A stretch of 41,713 nucleotides of DNA, from positions 1-41,713 of the forward strand of contig JANPBV010000306.1 in the NCBI GenBank assembly GCA_031430615.1, in the 5' to 3' direction. This DNA is from Ignavibacteria bacterium. Its GTDB lineage: Bacteria; Bacteroidota; Ignavibacteria; Tepidaquicellales; OLB5. This document shows, one piece after another, positions 9,759 to 19,380 of this stretch. The position numbers were made by a program, and so were the translations under genes. A model generated the notes under the pieces. It was not told the origin of the DNA and made no database searches. It worked only from the letters and a program-made list of their open reading frames with translations. How positions within the stretch are numbered: the first letter of the stretch is position 1; each line of letters begins with the position of its first letter.

Positions 9759-11603
9759 ATGCAGAACATTCAATTTAACAACTCTTCCATAAGAGAAATA
9801 CCATTAAGGGATTTTTTCAAGAACCCTGAAAAAACATCATACCAGGTATCACCAAACGGGAAATATATTTCATACCTGGCGCCGTTTGAAGAAAGACTTA
9901 ATATCTTTATTCAACCACTTGGATCAGATAATTCAAAAAGAATTACCGGTGTAACTGAACGGGATATTTCAAGCTATATATGGGGAAATGATAATACATT
10001 ACTCTTTGCCAAGGATAATGCAGGCGATGAGAATTTTCATTTGTTTTCTGTTGATATAACCGGAAATAATTTAAAAGATCTTACTCCATTTGAGAATGTA
10101 AGGGTTAACATGATAGATGAACTTGAGGATTCAAAAACCGATATTTTGATAGAAATGAACAAAAGAAACCCTGAGCTCTTTGATGTTTACAGGCTTAATT
10201 TTGAATCAGGTGAAATGAATATTGCTGCGGAGAATCCAGGAAATGTATCCGCATGGGTTACTGATCATGACGGAAAAATAAGGATTGCGGCTACAACAGA
10301 TGGCGTTAATACAGGAATTATGTACAGGGATAGCGAGGAAGAACCATTTAAAACAGTACTTGAAACAAATTTTAAAGAAAATTTAACACCACTGCTTTTT
10401 ACTTTTGATAATAAATACATTTATGCATCATCCAATCTAGGCAGGGATAAAAGCGCAATAGTAAAATATGATATTAAAAATGCGGTTGAGCTTGAATTAT
10501 TATATGAGCATCCCGAAATTGATGTAACAAGCCTGGGTCACTCAAGGAAAAGAAAGGTTTTAACATCTATCAGTTACACAACATGGAAACGTGAAAGGAT
10601 TTTTCTGGATGATGAAATAAAAATGATATTTGGTAAGCTTGAAAAAGAACTGCATGGTTATGAGATCGTAATTACTGATATGGATGATGAAGAAAATATA
10701 TATATAGTTAGAACGTATAGTGACCGCTCTTTGGGAGCAAATTATATTTATGATAAAAAGAGTGATACACTTACCAAAATTTCTGAAGTAAGCCCATGGA
10801 TAAATGAAACAGAAATGGCTGAAATGAAGCCAATAAACTATAAAAGCAGGGATGGCTTAAAGATTAATGGATATCTTTCACTTCCTTTAGGTGGCAATCA
10901 TAAAGACCTGTCTGTAGTTGTAAATCCTCATGGCGGACCCTGGGCAAGGGATGGCTGGGGATATAACCCGGAGATACAATTTTTAGTGAACCGTGGATAT
11001 GCGGTTTTACAAATGAATTTCAGAGGTTCAATTGGCTACGGCAGGAAGTTTTGGGAATCATCTTTTAAAGAGTGGGGCAGAACAATGCAGGATGATATTA
11101 CTGATGGGGTGAACTGGCTTATTGGTGAAGGAATTGCTGACCCAAAACGCATTGCAATCTATGGCGGAAGCTATGGCGGTTATGCTGTGCTTGCTGGATT
11201 GACATTCACTCCTGACCTGTATGCTGCCGGGGTTGATTACGTAGGTGTTTCTAACCTGTTCACATTTATGAAATCAATTCCGCCTTACTGGAAACCATAC
11301 CTTGAAATGCTTTATGAAATGGTTGGTAATCCGGAAACTGATCATAAACTGCTTGAAGAAGCTTCACCTGTTTTTCATGTTGATAAAATTATAGCGCCGC
11401 TTTTTGTTGCCCAAGGGAAGATGGACCCAAGAGTGAATATTAATGAATCTGACCAAATGGTTGATGCATTGAAGAAAAGAGGGATTGAAGTGCCATATAT
11501 GGTAAAAGATAATGAAGGACACGGCTTCCAGAACCAGGAAAACAGGTTTGATTTTTATGAAGCTATGGAAAAATTTCTTGCAAAACATTTACTGGGTGAA
11601 TAA
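9759..11603 (+). CDS. S9 family serine peptidase (prolyl oligopeptidase / dipeptidyl aminopeptidase-like)
   Basis: N-terminal beta-propeller-like region plus a C-terminal alpha/beta hydrolase with GGSYGGY (nucleophile Ser), MDPRV (Asp) and NEGHGF (His). No obvious signal peptide. Confidence 0.9.
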   Translation: MQNIQFNNSSIREIPLRDFFKNPEKTSYQVSPNGKYISYLAPFEERLNIFIQPLGSDNSKRITGVTERDISSYIWGNDNTLLFAKDNAGDENFHLFSVDITGNNLKDLTPFENVRVNMIDELEDSKTDILIEMNKRNPELFDVYRLNFESGEMNIAAENPGNVSAWVTDHDGKIRIAATTDGVNTGIMYRDSEEEPFKTVLETNFKENLTPLLFTFDNKYIYASSNLGRDKSAIVKYDIKNAVELELLYEHPEIDVTSLGHSRKRKVLTSISYTTWKRERIFLDDEIKMIFGKLEKELHGYEIVITDMDDEENIYIVRTYSDRSLGANYIYDKKSDTLTKISEVSPWINETEMAEMKPINYKSRDGLKINGYLSLPLGGNHKDLSVVVNPHGGPWARDGWGYNPEIQFLVNRGYAVLQMNFRGSIGYGRKFWESSFKEWGRTMQDDITDGVNWLIGEGIADPKRIAIYGGSYGGYAVLAGLTFTPDLYAAGVDYVGVSNLFTFMKSIPPYWKPYLEMLYEMVGNPETDHKLLEEASPVFHVDKIIAPLFVAQGKMDPRVNINESDQMVDALKKRGIEVPYMVKDNEGHGFQNQENRFDFYEAMEKFLAKHLLGE

Positions 11604-11629
11604 TAATTAATATTTAATAATATCTTTTC

Positions 11630-12484
11630 ATGCACCAGATATATATTACATCTTTAATTACTTCAATTGCAGCAGTACTTCTAATAGGCGGCTTTATCAA
11701 ATGGCGCTCAAGAAAAGAAGATAGAAACCTGCTTATATTTTTATTTCTCATAGAGCTTCCCATGGCAATGATTGCTTTTTATCTTGTGAGGATGCCGATT
11801 GTAGATGGTTTTTTAAAGTTTGTACTTGGCTCACATGAAAATATTTATGGTTTCATTAAGAATTTTTATGCGCCGCTTACAGAAGAGCCAGCAAAACTTT
11901 TCCCTCTGGTTTTTCCTTTTTTCAGAAAAAGAATAAATAAAGATAACTTTGTAATGGCAGCCATGGCGCTTGGGCTTGGCTTTGGTATTGGTGAAATATG
12001 GCTTGTTGGTAATTTTATTGCCTTTAGCGGACAGTTTGCAGATATGCCGTGGTATTATTTTACCGGGTTTCTTAATGAAAGATTTATGGTATGCATAATA
12101 CATGGCGCAATGACATCACTTGCTCTGCGGAAGCTCGGGAATAAATTCATATTGGGATTGCTTGCTGCGATGTTTATGCATTTTATGGGTAACTTCCCTA
12201 TTTATCTTTCAAGAATAAACTTTGGCAATTTAAGTGTTGACGGGTGGCAGATAATTCTTCAGGTATGGGTACTTGGATTCTTTTTTGCCGCAATATTTAT
12301 TCTGGTAAAGGGGTATCTTGGGACATTTAAAATAGCGCAGTTCTTTTATGGTAAGTCAACATGTCCGGAGTGCGGCAGCGTTTATCCGCCCCGTTTACTT
12401 GCTATGAATTGGTTTACCCAAAAATATGAAAAATGCCCGAACTGCAAAAAATGGCATTGGGTTAAGACATTCAAGAAGGATTAA
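11630..12484 (+). CDS. PrsW-like intramembrane protease fused to a C-terminal CxxC...CxxC zinc ribbon
   Basis: Polytopic membrane protein with an E-E-x-x-K block (LTEEPAKL) and His motifs (IIHGAMT, MHFMGN) like the PrsW family. The tail reads CPECGSVY..(17)..CPNCKKW. Confidence 0.55.
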   Translation: MHQIYITSLITSIAAVLLIGGFIKWRSRKEDRNLLIFLFLIELPMAMIAFYLVRMPIVDGFLKFVLGSHENIYGFIKNFYAPLTEEPAKLFPLVFPFFRKRINKDNFVMAAMALGLGFGIGEIWLVGNFIAFSGQFADMPWYYFTGFLNERFMVCIIHGAMTSLALRKLGNKFILGLLAAMFMHFMGNFPIYLSRINFGNLSVDGWQIILQVWVLGFFFAAIFILVKGYLGTFKIAQFFYGKSTCPECGSVYPPRLLAMNWFTQKYEKCPNCKKWHWVKTFKKD

Positions 12485-12499
12485 TTTATTCCGGTTTTC

Positions 12500-12588
12500 A
12501 GACTACAAAAGTCTTATCATTTATCATAAATTACCTTAATCATAAATACTCAGATAGTTTTATTTAGTTGTACAGACTTTTGTAGTCT
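12500..12588. repeat. perfect 15-bp inverted repeat pair (AGACTACAAAAGTCT / AGACTTTTGTAGTCT) with a 59-bp spacer
   Basis: Read directly at 12500..12514 and 12574..12588. Each arm is itself an AGACT-N5-AGTCT palindrome. The centres are 74 bp apart. Confidence 0.85.
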
Positions 12589-12657
12589 AATCTTAAATTT
12601 TTTATTTCTTTTATTCCTGTTTCTGAAAGTACATTTTCTATATCTTTACGCATCAAT

Positions 12658-15600
12658 ATGAATAATTTCCTCATTTACAGGTCTTCAGCGGGTTCAGGTA
12701 AAACCTATACTTTAGTTAAGGAGTATCTTAAACTGGTACTTGATGACCAGAAGTCGTTTAAAAATGTGCTGGCGGTTACGTTTACCAATAAATCTGCAAG
12801 CGAAATGAAATCCCGAATCATTGATGCTCTGGAAAAACTTTCGAGGGGTGAAAATGATGATCTGAAACAGAAGCTTGTAAGTGAAGGAGTAAAGGGTAAT
12901 ATTGAAGTATCATCTGCAAATGTTCTGAAAAATATTCTGCATAAGTATTCTTACTTTTCGGTTTCTACAATTGATAGTTTTTTCCATAAGGTCATAAGAT
13001 CATTTGCAAGAGAACTTAAGCTGCAGCTTGGTTATAATATTGAGCTTGACCAGCAGGCTGTTCTTGATAAGATAACCGATAAGCTTTTGGATGATGCCGG
13101 AGTTGATGCTGAACTTACCGGATTTCTTGAAGATTACATCTATTACAGCATTGAAGATGAAAAAGGCTGGAAGATTGACCTGAAAATAAAAGAGCTTGCC
13201 AAGGAAATTTTCTCGGAAAGGTATATGATAAGAGCAGGCAGCAGCAATGACCTGCTTGAAGGAAGAACGAAATTAAAAGAATTTATCGGAATACTTTTTG
13301 CGATTAAGAATGATTTCGAAGGCAGGATGAAACTGATTGCCGAGGATTCATCTAAACTGCTTGACCTCTACAGCCTGTTAATTGATGATTTTCCTTACAA
13401 AGATAAAGGTTTTATGAATTACCTCATAAATAAAATTGCTAATGGTGAGTTCGAGCCTGGCAAAAGAGCAAGGGAAGCTGTAGAGGATATTAAAAAATGG
13501 ACAGGAAAGACCTCAAAACCCGGTGTTAAGGCTGCTGCAGAGAATGGTTTGTTTGACCTTCTGAATTCAGCAGTTGATAATTACGATAAGAACTTTACAA
13601 AATACAATACGGCAGTTCAATTAATAAAAACAATATACATTACCGGAATATTTAAAGACCTGGTAGATAAGCTGAAGAAATACAGGGATGATAATAATGT
13701 ATTGCTGATATCTGATATTAATAATCTGCTCTTAAATGTAATCTCAGGAGATTCAAGTCCGTTTGTTTATGAAAAAATAGGCAGCTTTTATAAGAATTTT
13801 CTGATAGATGAATTCCAGGATACATCTACATTCCAATGGCGTAATTTCTTCCCGCTGATAGAAAACTCACTGAGTGAGAACAATGCATCATTAATAGTAG
13901 GCGATGTAAAGCAATCAATTTACCGCTGGCGCAATGGCAATATGAAACTGCTGCTTGAAGATGTTAAAAGTGATTTGGCAGGCTTTAATGAGGCAATAAA
14001 GGAAGAAAACCTGAACGTAAATTACAGAAGCAAAAAAAGAATAGTTGAATTTAACAACACATTCTTTAAGGCAGCTTCTGAAATTTGCGCAAACAATGCC
14101 CCTGAAGCGAATAGGGAAGTGATTACGAAAGCATATGCTGATACCATTCAGGAATCGGCTGATAAATCAGATAGCGGTTATATAAATGTTAGGTTTTACA
14201 GGAATGACCCCGATACAGATATTACATCCAGAGAGCTTGCAATTGCCGATATGATATCAGGAATTAAGGCTCAGCTTGAAAACGGTTACAGGCAAAAGGA
14301 TATTATGGTTTTGGTAAGAGGAAATGCTGATGCAGCAGAAGCGGCTCACGCGCTGATTGATGCAAGTTTAAAAGTGGTATCAAGTGATTCGCTATTATTG
14401 ACCAATTCACCCAAGGTTAGATTGCTGATTAACATTTTCAAATACATTGTTGATAAAAGCAATGTTATCGCTAGAGCTGAAATACTGTATAATTATCTTA
14501 TTTACATTAAGAATAAGGATACCGGGCTTAATGAAATATTCACAGATCATTTTAAAAAAGAAAACGGCAGTAAATCATTATTTCATGAAAAACTGCCTGC
14601 TAAATTTTTTGATAATAATGGAAAAGATGAAATAAATAACACTTTATCAGGACTCGGTCTTTATGACCTTGCTGAAGAGCTAATAATGATATTCGGACTT
14701 GGTGATACAGCCGATACATATCTCATCAGGTTCCTTGATGTACTTAAGAAGTATTCAGGTGAAAATAACAGTGATGTTTATGGTTTTATTAATTGGTGGG
14801 ATGAAAATAAATCAGATAATACTATTATTGTGCCGGCTGAAGAAGATGCCATAAGGGTTATGACCATACACAAAGCAAAGGGCTTACAGGCTCCAATAGT
14901 ATTTATCCCCTTTGCGAATTGGGAATTTAACCTGAATGCAAACCGAAACCTTATATGGGTATCATCAAATAAACCGCCATTCAATGTATCGCCTGCTTAC
15001 TTTGTAAAGGCAACAAGCTCACTCGAGGATTCATTTTTTGTTGACGATTACAATGAAGAACAAACGCTCACAAATCTGGATAACCTGAACTTGATGTATG
15101 TTGCCTTTACAAGAGCTGAAGAGAAACTGTTTATAGGCGTGCCATATAAAGGTAAAGATTCTTACAACGCAGGAAAAGTAATTTATCAGGTATTGGTAAA
15201 TACACCTGAACTTACAGAAAAGTTTGATACTCAAAACTATATATATGAAAACGGTACATTAATTGAGCAGGTCAAAAAAGCAGATAAGGATAAAGAGTAC
15301 AAAAGCTATAAGACCAATGGGATGGTTTCAGGGAATATTTTTGATAAGATAATCGTTAAGCCTGAATTTGAAAATTTCGTTCCCGAAAACAAAACTGATC
15401 TTAAACAGCTTAAAAACAGGGGAATAATTATCCATAAAGCATTATCACTTTTTAATAATTCATCAAACGAAGAAGTTGAAAAAGCTGTAAGTAAATTAGT
15501 TATACTTGGACTTATTTCAGAAGCGCAAAAAGCTGATCTAGCTGAAGAGCTAAAAGAAATACTATCGAATGAAAAAGTGAGAGGTTGGTTTGATTCAGAA

Positions 15601-15840
15601 AGCGTTATGAATGAAAGAGATATTATTCTGCCCGATGGAAGTGTATTCAGACCGGATAAGGTCATATTAAGCGGGAAAAAAGCTGTGATTATTGATTATA
15701 AATCAGGTATCAGTAAAGCAGAGCATCAAAAACAGATAAGAACATACGGTGAGATTCTTGCAAAGATGGGCTTTAAGGATGTTGAAATGAATTTGTTTTA
15801 TATTAATGAATTGAAGATAGAAGAAGTTAAACAGAATTAA
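12658..15840 (+). CDS. addA: AddA/RexA-type UvrD-family helicase with C-terminal PD-(D/E)XK nuclease domain
   Basis: Helicase motifs SSAGSGKTY, LIDEFQDTS, VGDVKQSIYRWR, NYRS and MTIHKAKGLQ. C-terminal nuclease motif FRPDKV..IIDYKSG. Confidence 0.85.
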   Translation: MNNFLIYRSSAGSGKTYTLVKEYLKLVLDDQKSFKNVLAVTFTNKSASEMKSRIIDALEKLSRGENDDLKQKLVSEGVKGNIEVSSANVLKNILHKYSYFSVSTIDSFFHKVIRSFARELKLQLGYNIELDQQAVLDKITDKLLDDAGVDAELTGFLEDYIYYSIEDEKGWKIDLKIKELAKEIFSERYMIRAGSSNDLLEGRTKLKEFIGILFAIKNDFEGRMKLIAEDSSKLLDLYSLLIDDFPYKDKGFMNYLINKIANGEFEPGKRAREAVEDIKKWTGKTSKPGVKAAAENGLFDLLNSAVDNYDKNFTKYNTAVQLIKTIYITGIFKDLVDKLKKYRDDNNVLLISDINNLLLNVISGDSSPFVYEKIGSFYKNFLIDEFQDTSTFQWRNFFPLIENSLSENNASLIVGDVKQSIYRWRNGNMKLLLEDVKSDLAGFNEAIKEENLNVNYRSKKRIVEFNNTFFKAASEICANNAPEANREVITKAYADTIQESADKSDSGYINVRFYRNDPDTDITSRELAIADMISGIKAQLENGYRQKDIMVLVRGNADAAEAAHALIDASLKVVSSDSLLLTNSPKVRLLINIFKYIVDKSNVIARAEILYNYLIYIKNKDTGLNEIFTDHFKKENGSKSLFHEKLPAKFFDNNGKDEINNTLSGLGLYDLAEELIMIFGLGDTADTYLIRFLDVLKKYSGENNSDVYGFINWWDENKSDNTIIVPAEEDAIRVMTIHKAKGLQAPIVFIPFANWEFNLNANRNLIWVSSNKPPFNVSPAYFVKATSSLEDSFFVDDYNEEQTLTNLDNLNLMYVAFTRAEEKLFIGVPYKGKDSYNAGKVIYQVLVNTPELTEKFDTQNYIYENGTLIEQVKKADKDKEYKSYKTNGMVSGNIFDKIIVKPEFENFVPENKTDLKQLKNRGIIIHKALSLFNNSSNEEVEKAVSKLVILGLISEAQKADLAEELKEILSNEKVRGWFDSESVMNERDIILPDGSVFRPDKVILSGKKAVIIDYKSGISKAEHQKQIRTYGEILAKMGFKDVEMNLFYINELKIEEVKQN

Positions 15841-15865
15841 TCAGAATTTTAATTAAAATTATTAC

Positions 15866-18706
15866 TTGAAGCCATTCTTAGATAAATTAGCCGAAGAACT
15901 TTACACAAAGTACGGAAAAGATATTTCTGCTCTTCAAATAGTATTTCCTTCACGCAGGGCGGGATTATATTTTAAAAAATATCTTTCTGAGAAAATTTTT
16001 GAACCGGTATTTTCTCCGGTAATTTGTGGCATAAGTGAGTTTATCAGAGAAAATTCTGATAACTTAATAGCGGATGACTTAACACTAATATTTGAACTAT
16101 ATGAAGTATACAGGGAGTATGCCGAAGAGATTACTTTTGATAAATTCTACCCATGGGGCGAAATAATTCTGCGAGATTTCGATGAGATAGATAAAAATGT
16201 TGCCGAAGCTGATTACCTTTTCAGAATACTAAAAGAACATAAAAAAATTGAAGAAGATTTCGAATATAATGTTTCCGATCTTGATGAGTTTTACAGGTTC
16301 TGGAATAGCTTCTCCGGCAAAGATATTACTGGACTGCAGGATGAATTCATTAAGACATGGGAAGTACTTGGCAAAGTATATCATAAGTTCCGCGCCAGTC
16401 TGATAAGTAAAAATATCTGCAATGAAGGAATGGCGTACAGGAAACTCTACGAAGCGGTAAAAACAAAAACTTTTAGAACCGGTTACAATAAAATTATATT
16501 TGCCGGATTCAACCAGTTAAACAAATGCGAAGAAGGCATAATAAAAGGTTTACTGCAACAAGAGTTTGCTATGGCATACTGGGATGCAGATAAGTATTAT
16601 ATAGATGACAAATTGCAGGAGGCAGGAAAATTCCTGAGAGAGAATTTTATTAACCTGAAAATAAATGAGCCAAAGTGGATAGAAAATTCTTTATCAACAT
16701 CAGAAATTAATATAAAAATTATTGGCGCTCCTCTTGAAGTATCACAGGCTAAAGTATTGGGCAATGAGCTTCAAAAACTGAAACAAAACGATTCAGAGAA
16801 AACAGCAATTATACTGCCTGATGACAGTCTGCTTATGCCCGTTCTTCGCTCAATCCCCGGAAATATTACTGCCATTAACATTACTATGGGTTATTCATTC
16901 AAAAACTCTCTATTATACAGTTTAATTGAGGCTTTGAAAGACTTAAACATTAACAGCAAAGGAAACAGCAAGTCAAAGGATTTTTACCATAAAGATATAA
17001 TTGCCATTCTTCTTCATCCCTATATCCGTGAAACAGCGCCTGATATTATTAATGATGCTGTAAATTCAATCAATAAAAGAAATATCATTTATGCTTCTGC
17101 AAAATATTTAAAGAGTATTTTTGGGGAGTCTATAGAGATTGTTGACATTATTTTCAATTCAGTTGAAACGGCAAATGAATCATTTGATTACCTAAAAGAA
17201 ATAATAGTTAAACTCTTTGATATAGTCACAAAAAGCAGCCATTCAAGTGTTTACGAAAATGAATTCATAAATAAGGTATTTACTGAGCTTAACAGGATAA
17301 AAGATATTCTTGATAATTTTCCCATCCCAATTGAAAGTGAAACATTCTGGAATATACTGATCGAAAGTACATCACGGATGAAGATACCATTTTCAGGCGA
17401 GCCGCTTGAAGGCATCCAAATAATGGGTATGCTGGAAACGAGGTCGCTGGATTTTGATAATGTTATAATCCTATCTGTGAACGAAGGAATACTCCCTCGT
17501 GAAACAGGAATAAGCTCATTTATTCCGTTTGCCTTAAAGAAAGCGTTTAAACTACCTGTAAGCGAGGATACTGAAGCTGATTATGCATATTACTTCTATA
17601 GGCTGCTGCAAAAAGCAAAAAATGTGACATTAATTTATAATACTGAAACAGGGATTATCTCAGCAGGTGAAAAGAGCCGCTTCATAATGCAGGTAGAAAG
17701 CGAGCTTGCTGCTGCAAATAAAAACATTCATATTGAAAGCCTTTTGCGGGCTGGTGATATTGAGCTTCCAAAAAGAAAAGAAATTACAATTGAAAAGACA
17801 AATGAAGTTTTGGATCTGTTAAAGAATCAGAAACAATACTCAGCAACAACATTAAGCTCATATATTAATTGCCCGCTTCAATTCTATTTTAAGAAAGCAG
17901 CAAAGCTTAAGGAAGAAGAAGAGGTTGAAGAATATTTTTCAGCGGCGGCATTTGGAAATATATTTCATCAGCTTATGGATATATTATACAGAGATGAAAC
18001 CGGCAAAGAGGTTTCAGAGGGTAAACTAAGTAGTATCATTGTAAACCTTAACAGTAACTATTATGAATTGTGGAAGCAGGCATGTGAGGAAATGAAAGAA
18101 TACACAGAGTTTGCCAAAATTAAACAGGGAAAGAACCTGTTGTATAAAAGTGTTATCAAAAAGCTGATAAATAAAGTATTGGAAAGTGATCTTGCCCAAA
18201 CGCCGTTTAAGATACTAGCGCTTGAAACTGAAGCTGAGAGAAAAATAAATATTGAAATTGAAGGTGAGACAACAGAAGTTACTTTATACGGAAGGCTTGA
18301 CAGAATAGAATTAAAAGACGGGATAACACGAATAATAGATTATAAAACAGGCACAGTTGATGCAGCTAAGCAATCCTCTAAAACGGGTGATGCTGAACAT
18401 ATCGAGAGAATATTTAGTGATATAAAATTAAAAGAAAATTTTCAGCAGCTTTTTTATGCTTCGTTGTATCTGAATTCAAATAAAACCTCTAAGCTTATTG
18501 TAGGTATCTACCCATTAAAGAAAATATCAGGAGGGGTTACCTGGTTTGAAAAAGAGCCGATAACTGTAGAAAAAAAGAATTTGTTTGAGGAGAATTTAAC
18601 TATTCTGCTTAAGAAAATATTTGATTCAATAACACCGTTTACTCAAACTTCCGATATAAATCACTGTAAATACTGTCCCTATCAATCTATCTGTTACCGT
18701 GATTAA
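15866..18706 (+). CDS. addB: AddB/RexB-type PD-(D/E)XK nuclease subunit with Fe-S cysteine cluster and degenerate ATP-binding site
   Basis: 946 aa, 25 nt downstream of addA, with a TTG start. Nuclease motif GRLDRIE..IIDYKTG. Cysteines CPLQFYF and CKYCPYQSIC flank the nuclease domain as in AddB. No intact GxGKT is visible. Confidence 0.8.
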   Translation: MKPFLDKLAEELYTKYGKDISALQIVFPSRRAGLYFKKYLSEKIFEPVFSPVICGISEFIRENSDNLIADDLTLIFELYEVYREYAEEITFDKFYPWGEIILRDFDEIDKNVAEADYLFRILKEHKKIEEDFEYNVSDLDEFYRFWNSFSGKDITGLQDEFIKTWEVLGKVYHKFRASLISKNICNEGMAYRKLYEAVKTKTFRTGYNKIIFAGFNQLNKCEEGIIKGLLQQEFAMAYWDADKYYIDDKLQEAGKFLRENFINLKINEPKWIENSLSTSEINIKIIGAPLEVSQAKVLGNELQKLKQNDSEKTAIILPDDSLLMPVLRSIPGNITAINITMGYSFKNSLLYSLIEALKDLNINSKGNSKSKDFYHKDIIAILLHPYIRETAPDIINDAVNSINKRNIIYASAKYLKSIFGESIEIVDIIFNSVETANESFDYLKEIIVKLFDIVTKSSHSSVYENEFINKVFTELNRIKDILDNFPIPIESETFWNILIESTSRMKIPFSGEPLEGIQIMGMLETRSLDFDNVIILSVNEGILPRETGISSFIPFALKKAFKLPVSEDTEADYAYYFYRLLQKAKNVTLIYNTETGIISAGEKSRFIMQVESELAAANKNIHIESLLRAGDIELPKRKEITIEKTNEVLDLLKNQKQYSATTLSSYINCPLQFYFKKAAKLKEEEEVEEYFSAAAFGNIFHQLMDILYRDETGKEVSEGKLSSIIVNLNSNYYELWKQACEEMKEYTEFAKIKQGKNLLYKSVIKKLINKVLESDLAQTPFKILALETEAERKINIEIEGETTEVTLYGRLDRIELKDGITRIIDYKTGTVDAAKQSSKTGDAEHIERIFSDIKLKENFQQLFYASLYLNSNKTSKLIVGIYPLKKISGGVTWFEKEPITVEKKNLFEENLTILLKKIFDSITPFTQTSDINHCKYCPYQSICYRD

Positions 18707-18826
18707 ACTTAAGAATCGGGAATGTAACTATTTGTAAAACACCTAAAAACCCCTTAAACTATTGCTCAATATACTTGTCTTATAATCAGGAGGTAAATTT
18801 TATAAATTTTTTAATTAAGGATAAAA

Positions 18827-19252
18827 ATGACTAAAAAAACAAAAATTTTAAGTTTTTTTGCGCTTTTGGCTGCGCTTATTATTACAGGTCAGAGCAGTTT
18901 GGCGCAGGAAAAATTCAAGAAAACGCCTGAAGAAAGAGCTAAGCATAAAACTGAAAAAATGACCAAGCATCTTTCATTATCTGATGAACAGTCAAAGCAG
19001 GTTTATGATATTCTGTATTCCCAGGTATCTCAGGTTGATGTATTAAGGAATAACAAAGATATTACTAAAGAATCAAGAAAAGATCAGGTAAAAGCGTTAT
19101 TTCAGGATTCAGATAGTAAGCTTGGGAGTGTTTTCTCTAAGGAGCAAAGTGAAAAGTGGAGTAAGTTCAAAGAAAAGAAAAAAGAAAAACATATGCAGAA
19201 GAAAAAGATGAAAAAAGGGAATAAACAGAAGAAGAATAAGGAATTAAAATAA
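18827..19252 (+). CDS. secreted lysine-rich helical protein with LTxxQ-like repeats (Spy/CpxP-like periplasmic protein)
   Basis: Signal peptide ending in AQE, two xSxEQSxxx repeats (LSDEQSKQV, FSKEQSEKW) and a poly-Lys tail. Confidence 0.5.
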   Translation: MTKKTKILSFFALLAALIITGQSSLAQEKFKKTPEERAKHKTEKMTKHLSLSDEQSKQVYDILYSQVSQVDVLRNNKDITKESRKDQVKALFQDSDSKLGSVFSKEQSEKWSKFKEKKKEKHMQKKKMKKGNKQKKNKELK

Positions 19253-19274
19253 TTTCTTTTGAGTTAACAAAAAA

Positions 19275-19305
19275 GCAGAGCCATATTCTATGACTCTGCT
19301 TTTTT
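19275..19305 (+). terminator. rho-independent terminator
   Basis: GCAGAGCCAT / ATGACTCTGC forms a 10-bp stem with one mismatch and a 5-nt loop. It is followed by TTTTTT and preceded by AAAA. Confidence 0.75.
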
Positions 19306-19380
19306 ATTGTTTATAAATTAAATCCTGAATTTCTTAAAAGAAGTCATACGTACAAACTCCAGCCAAACAACCAATTAATA

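Noticed and set aside
12500-12588. Inverted repeat pair as a MITE or IS remnant
   Set aside because: It has no flanking target-site duplication and no transposase, and I saw only one copy in the window. It is kept as a possible operator or structure instead.
14447-15665. Short ORFs inside addA (14447..14635 +, 14778..14984 -, 15031..15234 -, 15306..15665 -)
   Set aside because: They are alternative-frame or antisense ORFs nested in a gene with complete helicase/nuclease motifs.
12658-18706. Helicase + nuclease pair as a phage-defence system (Gabija/Hachiman-like)
   Set aside because: Both proteins carry the specific AddA/AddB hallmarks: a UvrD helicase with a PD-(D/E)XK tail, and a partner with an Fe-S cysteine-flanked nuclease. 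The sizes are typical of AddAB, so housekeeping recombination repair is the simpler reading.
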